Below, one piece after another: positions 11,558 to 18,924 of a stretch of DNA of 18,924 nt. The stretch is from Paramoeba atlantica (taxonomy: Eukaryota > Protista > Discosea): positions 1 through 18,924 of the forward strand of contig CDRNVI010000123.1 of the NCBI GenBank assembly GCA_977017575.1, in the 5' to 3' direction. The notes beneath the pieces were generated by a model. That model was not told where the DNA came from. It searched no databases and saw nothing but the letters and a program-made list of their open reading frames with translations. Each line of letters opens with the position of its first letter. Position 1 is the stretch's first letter. The translations under genes and the position numbers were made by a program.

Positions 11558-11631
11558 ATAGATGTGATGGAATTGGTAGACATATTAGTTTTAGGCACTA
11601 AATTTTAGGGGTTCGAGTCCCCTCATCTGTA
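11558..11631 (+). tRNA. trnL: tRNA-Leu(UAG), short variable loop
   Basis: D region ATGGAATTGGTAGACAT (Leu type), anticodon arm TTAGT-TTTAGGC-ACTAA, T arm AGGGG-TTCGAGT-CCCCT, acceptor ATAGATG/CATCTGT. Confidence 0.88.
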
Positions 11632-11666
11632 TTGTATGTATAAAAAAAGAAAAAAATATTTTTTAT

Positions 11667-11737
11667 AAGGATGTAGTTTAAAGGTAAAATATCTATTTTG
11701 GGTGTAGACGTTATAGGTTCAAATCCTATCGTCCTGA
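11667..11737 (+). tRNA. trnP: tRNA-Pro(UGG)
   Basis: Anticodon arm TCTAT-TTTGGGT-GTAGA, T arm ATAGG-TTCAAAT-CCTAT. Acceptor AAGGATG/CGTCCTG is mismatched at position 1 (A1xG72). Confidence 0.92.
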
Positions 11738-11750
11738 TAATTATAATAAC

Positions 11751-11824
11751 AAGGAGGTAGCTTAATAGGCTAAAGCTTTAACCTGTCGAGTTAAAAGATG
11801 AGGGTTCGAATCCCTTCCTCCGCA
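11751..11824 (+). tRNA. trnD: tRNA-Asp(GUC)
   Basis: Anticodon arm TTAAC-CTGTCGA-GTTAA, T arm GAGGG-TTCGAAT-CCCTT. Acceptor AAGGAGG/CCTCCGC is mismatched at positions 1 and 2. Confidence 0.92.
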
Positions 11825-12125
11825 TAAAATATAATAAAATATGTTTATTTTATTACTATATAATCAAGATGTTTTGTATATAAAATATAAAATATTATCT
11901 ATTATATCTATTATATCAATTTATGATAAATGTACATTTACCATATGAAATAACAGTCATAAAACATACATATTTTACTTAAAATTTTTTTAAAAAGAGA
12001 AAAAATTATAAAATAAATAATTATAGTAATTTAAAAGATTTTATTTTTTTAATAAAATAAAAAAATTAGTAAATTAATATGATTATTTATTTTAGATATA
12101 TCTTACTTTAATAATATATGATTTA

Positions 12126-12197
12126 TTTTTCTTCGTCTAATGGTTAGGACATTGCTCTTTCACAGCAGAAATAAGGGTTCAAATCCCTTAGAAATGA
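12126..12197 (+). tRNA. trnE: tRNA-Glu(UUC)
   Basis: D arm GTCT-AATGGTTA-GGAC, anticodon arm TTGCT-CTTTCAC-AGCAG, T arm AAGGG-TTCAAAT-CCCTT. Acceptor TTTTTCT/AGAAATG has U1:G72 and a U2xU71 mismatch. Confidence 0.9.
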
Positions 12198-12370
12198 AAT
12201 TATTTTATCCGTATTAATTTAATTTAATAAAATTTTTTTGTAAATTTTTGAATCTATTATACACTGATTTAAGTATATTATTTGTCACATATAATAAGGG
12301 GGGTTTGGGGGGTTTGTATAAGAGATAATATTTTATTTTCATATACAAAAATTTTTATTAATTATTTTTT

Positions 12371-12453
12371 AATGGTGTGATAGAATTGGTAAACATGATA
12401 GACTTAAAATCTATTGCCTTTTAGGCTTGAGGGTTCGAGTCCCTCCTCCAATA
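12371..12453 (+). tRNA. trnL: tRNA-Leu(UAA)
   Basis: Anticodon arm ATAGA-CTTAAAA-TCTAT, long variable arm GCC-TTTTA-GGC, T arm GAGGG-TTCGAGT-CCCTC. Acceptor AATGGTG/CTCCAAT is mismatched at positions 2 and 6. Confidence 0.92.
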
Positions 12454-12471
12454 ACGATGAGTTAATTATTT

Positions 12472-12544
12472 TTTAAGATGGAGTAATAGGTTAACTCAGT
12501 GGTCTCATGAGCCACAGATGTAGGTTCGAGTCCTACTCTTCTTA
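12472..12544 (+). tRNA. trnM: tRNA-Met(CAU), probably initiator
   Basis: Anticodon arm GTGGT-CTCATGA-GCCAC. The D stem GAGT/ACTC gives a purine11:pyrimidine24 pair, typical of fMet tRNAs. Acceptor TTTAAGA/TCTTCTT is mismatched at positions 1-3. Confidence 0.85.
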
Positions 12545-12615
12545 TATAATTACGTAAATATTATTATGGATTACATTTGAATATGTAATCAATTTGAATT
12601 TTTATTAATTAGTAA

Positions 12616-12846
<231 letters not shown>

Positions 12847-12929
12847 TAATTCATGGCTTTCTTGCTAAAAGTACTTTGCAGCGCTTGAACGAGCATTTTT
12901 CTTTCCCGTTTTCGCTATAGCTTTAATTC

Positions 12930-13585
12930 ATGAAGACCTTGACTTTTTTATGTGGATTACTGTTCTGTTGCCACCTACAGGGTCAAAAGGTGGTCAAAAA
13001 AGCACTAGTGGATTCCCATACCACTTACATTCAAATAGATTCCCAGAATTGTTACTATATAGCACTCAATACAGGCCAAACCAATGAGGTGAAAGTGGAG
13101 GCAAATATTGAGGGTGAATATGCAGAGGATTTGTTGGTTAACCTTGAAGAAAAGGGAGCAACCATGTTGATTAGTTCTGGTTTTCATCCCAATTTCACCA
13201 ACCCCAATGACAAATTAAGCGCCCATAAGGTAATTTCCATTGCCCTGAAGATAACCGTACCAGCGTATAAGGAGGTATCAATTTTTGGTACCAACTGCAA
13301 CGTAGAAGTCGAAGGCAAATACAAAAATTTAGAGGTGCGTTTATCAGATGGGAGATGTGTTTTAAAAAATGTGGAGGAAGTAGTACATGTGGAGACTCAA
13401 AAAGGAGATATTTTGCTTGCCACCCAAAACGGACAATTTCAGCAAAAAGCACCTATGGAAAAGTTAATGAAGCGGATATACCACTAGGACGTAACCAATA
13501 CATTCTGAACACTGTGGAAGGCACAATTCTACTCAAGAAACAAAATAATATCCCTACTTTTGCGCAATCTCTTTTAAAGGCATGA
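12930..13585 (+). CDS. Hypothetical exported protein (Bacteroidota; possibly DUF4097/adhesin-like beta-strand repeats), frameshift at ~13430
   Basis: Signal-peptide-like N-terminus MKTLTFLCGLLFCCHLQG and repetitive beta-type segments (VEVEGKYKNLEVRLSDGRC, VETQKGDI, STYGKV, TVEGTI). The supplied ORFs 12930-13487 and 13355-13585 join across one indel. The true stop may be TAA 13546-13548. Confidence 0.65.
13555..13562 (+). promoter_or_regulatory. Candidate Bacteroidota sigma70 -7 element (TAnnTTTG) for lspA
   Basis: TACTTTTG matches TAnnTTTG about 20 nt upstream of the lspA ATG. No clear -33 TTTG at canonical spacing. Confidence 0.45.
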
Positions 13586-14216
13586 ATTTAAAAAAGTCCC
13601 TCTTAATTATAGTATTGATCCTGTTGGTGGATCAAATCAGCAAAATATACGTAAAAACCCATTTTGAGTTGGGGGATTTCCATACCATTTCTGGATGGTT
13701 CAAAATCCTCTTTATTGAAAATGAAGGTGCCGCTTGGGGCACCAAGCTCAGTGATTTGTTACCCATTTCAGATTCTGCTGGGAAGCTTGTTTTAACCATT
13801 TTCAGACTGTTTGCAATTATAGGAATTGGTTATTGGCTTTTAGATATAATAAAAAAGCAATCCCCCAAGACCTTGATCTTGGCAGTGTCTTTGATATTTG
13901 CGGCGCTTTGGGTAATATCATTGATTCTGTTTTTTATGGGATGATTTTCGACCATAGTGTGGACCAGGTGGCCACCCTTTTTGCCGAAGAACCCTATGGC
14001 AAACTCTTTTATGGAAAAGTGGTTGATATGCTTTATTTCCCGTTGGTGGATACTACATGGCCAGATTGGGTGCCTTCTATTGGCGGTAGTAGGTTCCGTT
14101 TTTTTGAACCCGTTTTTAATATTGCCGATACTGCTATAAGCACTGGCGTAGGGATATTGATTGTCTTCAACAAAAAAGCATTTCCAAAAAAGAAAACAGA
14201 GGAAGTAAATGCTTAG
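13582..14216 (+). CDS. lspA: Lipoprotein signal peptidase II (Bacteroidota long form), frameshift at ~13905
   Basis: Motifs ILLVDQISK, FIENEGAAWG, then in a shifted frame GALGNIIDSVFYG, LFYGKVVDML, FFEPVFNIAD (catalytic Asp motifs). Confidence 0.93.
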
Positions 14217-14775
14217 AATTTATAGATTTTACTAGGGGTAATGCAATAATCGAGTGACACATCATTTTCGTGTGTATCCTCAATTGATTGCTCTGCTTCA
14301 AATAACGAAAGACCAATTTTCACAACCTCTGGATTACAGTTATTCAGAAAAGTATCGTAAAACCCTTTACCGTATCCCACACGGTTACCTATGTGGTCAA
14401 AGGCTAAAAGGGGTAAAAACACCACATCTATTTTATTATCTGGTATGGTAATTCCCTTCCACAGGTTCTGGAATATGCCATTTGTTTTTTCGAAAGACGG
14501 TACTATCTGTCAACAAGTAGTTTTCCATGGTGTATGCTCCAACCACCTTTGGAACAACAACATGTTTGTCCCTCCCTTGGAGCAGGGTAATAAGGGGAAG
14601 TGTGTCCACTTCCTTATGAGTTTCAATGCTTAAAAAAATATGGAAATAAAAAAAAATCCCAAATAGGGATTTCTAATGCATGATTTGCTAGAATAAGACT
14701 TAAATCCGAGACTTTTACAGGATTAATTCCTGCTCTCAGTGTTTTATATTTTTTTCTTAGTTCATGCTTCAACAT
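14213..14775 (-). CDS. 5-formyltetrahydrofolate cyclo-ligase, one frameshift; convergent 4-nt overlap with lspA
   Basis: The minus strand reads MLKHELRKKYKTLR...HIFLSI...KEVDT...NKWHIPEP...DVVFLPLLAFDHIGNRVGYGKGFYD...LDYCITP. The RxGYGxGFYD motif is diagnostic. Confidence 0.92.
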
Positions 14776-15243
14776 CTAGTGTTGAAAATTTTTGGGGTAG
14801 GTGTTTTGGGGACCTAATTTTATTCTCTGGTTGAAACCGAAAAAAAGATTTTGAAAAATAACATCAAAATCAAATACATTCCCAAAACGATAACATAGTT
14901 CTCCATAGAATTGTATTTATACGGTTAAATGTAGGTAAAAGAATTGAAAAATTCACCATGAAATGCACTTATTATCGATGAACCGCATCATTTTTAGCAA
15001 CTGTTTAACAAGTTCAATTTATTTCGATGTCTTTTCTGACAAATTTAATTTCAATTTTCAACCATTTTTTAAGTTTAGCTTAACTTCTCATTTTAAGTAT
15101 ATTAAGCTAAATCCATGGCAATTTCCCGTTTTGAGAAAATCAATAGAGGTGTTGGCTGTAGCATTCATCAATTGAGAAACGCCAACTGTCAAAGTAGCAA
15201 AGGTTTTGATCAATTTTAACAAAAAAACACTATTATTAAAACC

Positions 15244-15251
15244 TACTTTTG
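15244..15251 (+). promoter_or_regulatory. Candidate Bacteroidota sigma70 -7 element (TAnnTTTG) for uvrC
   Basis: TACTTTTG lies in the intergenic region about 28 nt upstream of the uvrC ATG at 15279. Confidence 0.5.
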
Positions 15252-15278
15252 TTAAGGAGTCAATTTTTTGGAAGTTAT

Positions 15279-17072
15279 ATGTCCAACCCACCATCCATTA
15301 GTGTTCAGATTAGCGTATTGCCGAACAACCCCGGAGTCTACCAATTCTATGATATGGATGGGAAAATTCTATATGTGGGTAAGGCCAAGAACTTAAAAAA
15401 AGGGTGTCTTCCTATTTCAACAAAAAACAGGAATATGGGAAGACCAGGGTTTTGGTCAAAAAAATACATTCCGTTAAGCACATTGTGGTTGCCACCGAAT
15501 CTGATGCGCTGTTGTTGGAGAATAATCTCATAAAAAAACTACTGCCCAGGTACAATGTTTTGCTAAAAGATGATAAGTCCTATCCATGGATTTGTATCAA
15601 AAAAGAGCGTTTTCCCAGAGTGTTTTCAACTCGGAAGCTAATCAAGGATGGTTCTGAATATTTCGGCCCCTATACTAGCATGAAAACGGTAAGGACATTG
15701 CTTGAATTGGTAAAAAGCTTGTATCCGCTTCGCACCTGCAACTATGACCTCTCCAATGAAAAGATTGCCGCAGGGAAATATAAAGTCTGTTTAGAGTATC
15801 ATTTGGGAAATTGCTTGGGGCCCTGCGAGGGCCTCCAAAGTGAGGAAGAATATCATGGGCAAATTGAAAAACATTCGCCAGATTATTAAGGGCAATCTTA
15901 AAAGCTCTTTGCAGTTCTTTAAATCCCAGATGAAGACGTTGGCCGAAAATATGGAGTTTGAGAAGGCTCAACGAATCAAGGACAAAATTGAGATTCTAGA
16001 AAAATTATCAAGCCCGATCTACGGTAGTTAACCCCAAAATCAACAACGTAGACGTTTTTACCATCATTTCTGATGAAACGCATGGATATGTGAACTTTTT
16101 ACAAATTTCACATGGCTCCATTGTTAGATCACATACCCTTGAAATCAAGAAAAAAATTGGAGGAGACCGATGAAGAATTACTCCAATTGGCCATCATAGA
16201 AATACGACAGCGATTCAGTTTCCCAATCCAAGGAAGTTTACTTGCCATTTCCAGTTCTGGTGGAAGAGAACATCAAGATTACTTTGCCCAAATTAGGTGA
16301 AAAACGAAGAATCTTGGAATTATCCGAACGCAATGCCCGTTTCTTTAGACAGGATCGATTCAAACAGATTAAAATAACCGACCCCGACAGACACACCAAA
16401 CGCATCATGGCCCAAATGAAGGCAGACCTTCGGCTTTCCGATGAACCAACCCATATAGAGTGTTTTGACAACTCAAATATTCAAGGGAGTAATCCTGTGG
16501 CCGCCTGCGTTGTGTTTAAAAATGGGAAGCCTTCCAAAAAAGACTACAGGCATTTCAATATTAAAACGGTGGAAGGGCCAGATGATTTTGCCAGCATGGA
16601 AGAAGTGGTTTTTAGGCGTTATAAAAGATTGGTCTACGAAGATGAATCCTTACCGCAGCTCATCGTTATTGATGGAGGCAAAGGACAATTGTCTTCAGCA
16701 TTAAAAAGCTTGGAAATTTTGGGGCTACGGGGCACAATCGCCATTATCGGCATTGCCAAGCGCTTGGAGGAAATCTACTTTCCAGATGACCCTATTCCCC
16801 TGTATCTGGACAAAAAGTCGGAGAGCCTAAAAATCATTCAGCAATTGAGGAATGAGGCGCACAGATTTGGGATAACCCATCATCGGAACAAAAGGAGTAA
16901 AGGGGCAATCGACTCCGAACTGGAAAATATTGAAGGCATCGGAAAGAAGACCGCGGAGCAATTGTTGAAAAATTTCAAATCAGTTAAACGCGTTAAGGAA
17001 GCAACCATTGAGAGCTTAGCGGAATCTATAGGTATGGCAAAAGCGAAAAAAATTTACAAATCCTTTCATTAG
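15279..17072 (+). CDS. uvrC: Excinuclease ABC subunit C, several 1-nt frameshifts
   Basis: GIY-YIG domain PGVYQFYD...[41 protein letters not shown], Cys cluster, UVR domain [41 protein letters not shown], HhH IEGIGKK. Confidence 0.97.
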
Positions 17073-17078
17073 AGCGCA

Positions 17079-18924
17079 ATGAAAATTATAAACTTATCAG
17101 TCACACTATTGCTTTTGATGGGATTTTCAGGATGGTCCCAGGACACCAACAATTTGGATACGCCCAAAGTTGGTCTGGTACTAAGTGGTGGTGGAGCAAA
17201 GGGCTTGGCTCATATTGGAGCGCTCAAGGTATTTGATGAAGCCGGAATTAAGGTAGACTATATTGGAGGCACCAGTATGGGGGCCATTGTTGGGGCGTTA
17301 TATGCCTCTGGTTACTCAGCCAAGGAACTGGATTCCATTTTTCCGTGTAACGGATTTTTCAAAGCTCATTCAGGATAATGTACCTAGAGGAGCCAAAACT
17401 TTTTATGAAAAGGAGGACTCTGAGCGCTATGCCCTTGGACTCCCATTTACTAATTTCAATGTTTCTTTCCCACAGGCAATTTCGGGGGGTCAGAACATTT
17501 ATAACGAATTGGTTCGCCTCCTCTTTCATGTGAAGGACATTCAGGATTTTAAGCGTTGCCCATTCCTTTTTTATGCGTAGCCACCAATGTAGAAACCGGG
17601 GAAGAAGTACTGTTGGACCGAGGGTATCTCCCGGAGGCTATCATGGCCAGTGGAACTTTTCCTTCGTTATTTGAACCTTCCGAAATTGAGGGGGAAGTTT
17701 TAATAGATGGTGGTGTAGCTAATAATTATCCCATAGATGAGGTTCTGGACATGGGTGCAGATGTTATAATAGGAGTGGATGTGCAGCACGGTTTGGTAAC
17801 TAGGGAAGCCTTGGGGTCCGCAACTGAGATTCTGCTCCAAATCAACAACTACAGAACGGTTAGGGACATGAAAGTAAAAGCTGAAAAGACTGATATTTAC
17901 ATCAGGCCTGATATTGATGATTTCTCGGTCATTGATTTTGATCGTAGCAAGGAAAATTGTCGCCAGCGGAGAAGCTGCTGCCCTTTCCAGAATTGTTGAA
18001 CTGGAGGACATTGCCGAAATGCAAAGCTATAACCCAAAACCAAAGAAAAGGATACAGATAAAGGACAGTTTGACCATTAACCGCTTGATTTTAGAGGGTA
18101 ATGATAGGTACACCCGAGGTTATATTAAAGGAAAACTTAGGTTTAACTTAGCGGAAAAAACGTCCTTTGAAAAACTAAAACAGGGGATAAACAATTTGTC
18201 TGCCACAGGTAACTTTAAAGCCATCAGGTATGAATTGGTCTCCAATGGTCTGGGGACAGATTTAGTTTTTAAAACTCAAAGAAAACCCTACCAAGATGTT
18301 CATCAAAATGTCTGCCCATTATGATGATCTCTATAAAAGTGCCGCCTTGATTAATTTGACCAAAAAGAATTTTATTCTTAAGGATGATGTGGCCTCCTTC
18401 GATTTTATCCTTGGTGATCATTTAAGGTACAATATGCAATACTATCTGGATAAAGGATACTACTGGAGTTTTGGAATAAACTCCAAGTTCACTGATTTTG
18501 ATGAGGAAATTGATTTTGGATTTATCCGCACCAACTTTGATGTGCCGAACGATCCCAATATTCGTGAAATCAATTTAGATGTAACGGACCTTACCAATCA
18601 AGTTTATATCCAAACTGTCCTTAGAGAAGAGTTTGCTTTTACCCTGGGAGCGGAACATAAACTTTTGCGCTACAGTACTCGTACACTTAATCAAATTGCA
18701 GACGAAAGTGCCAATGCCTTTGCTCCAGAGCCAGAAGATAGGACATACTTTGATGATTCAAATTACTATAGCGCCTTTGGCAAAATAACCTTGGACACCT
18801 ATAATGATAAATACTTTCCAACAAAAGGACTGTTCTTTGACAGCGACTTCCATTTGTACCTGTTCTCCTCGGATTTTAACGACAATTTCAGGGAATTTTC
18901 TGTAGGAAAAGCAAGATTAGGGAC
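17079..18924 (+). CDS. Patatin-like phospholipase with signal peptide, POTRA-like segment and probable C-terminal beta-barrel (PlpD-like); frameshifted, runs off the window end
   Basis: Motifs [10 protein letters not shown] (oxyanion hole), GTSMG (GxSxG nucleophile), IDGG (catalytic Asp), and a POTRA-like segment 18040-18280. An aromatic-rich frame ([14 protein letters not shown]...YFPTKG) stays open to 18924. Frame changes at ~17345, ~17570, ~17950 and ~18290. Confidence 0.88.

Noticed and set aside
12298-12316. G6T3 repeat as a telomere or linear genome end
   Set aside because: Only two units, internal, and flanked by tRNA genes on both sides.
10893-12544. Regularly spaced GGTTC(G/A)A(A/G)TCC motifs as a CRISPR or repeat array
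   Set aside because: They are the T-arms of consecutive tRNA genes.
14254-14633. Plus-strand ORFs 14254-14451 and 14391-14633, plus short ORFs at 13005, 13195, 13957, 14963, 15088, 15675, 16238, 16465 and 17700
   Set aside because: Antisense or off-frame shadows of identified genes, or short intergenic ORFs without motifs.
14644-14672. Palindrome AAATCCC-AAATA-GGGATTT as a terminator
   Set aside because: It lies inside the cyclo-ligase coding sequence (EIPIWDF) and is probably coincidental.
12930-18324. Bacterial genes as pseudogenes of a degenerating endosymbiont, or programmed frameshifting
   Set aside because: The breaks are 1-nt indels, often at homopolymers, with catalytic motifs intact. 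The same error type occurs in the mitochondrial half.

Overview
The window joins two unrelated genomes. Bases 1 to ~12,818 are a very AT-rich protist mitochondrial genome with every gene on the + strand. It uses TGA=Trp, which is why the supplied standard-code ORF track fragments or misses most of these genes. Gene order: nad11(3' part)-nad1-nad4-nad2-rps2-rps4-atp1-cox2-cox3-cox1-13 tRNAs-atp9(truncated). The gene set, the code, the single-strand layout and a clear acceptor-stem mismatch pattern point most plausibly to an amoebozoan, but that placement is inference. From ~12,819 to the end the sequence is much less AT-rich Flavobacteriaceae-like chromosome: hypothetical protein, lspA, 5-formyl-THF cyclo-ligase (minus strand), uvrC and a patatin/POTRA/beta-barrel protein. 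The join cuts atp9 mid-gene and both halves carry scattered 1-nt indels, so a chimeric or unpolished long read is the best explanation. The strongest biological signals: 10 of 13 tRNA genes have mismatches at acceptor positions 1-3 (predicted 5' tRNA editing), Cox1 lacks its C-terminal tail (predicted nuclear Cox1-c), and Cox2 has a ~55-60 aa C-terminal extension. I see no convincing wholly new system. All coordinates were read by hand and may be off by a few bases.
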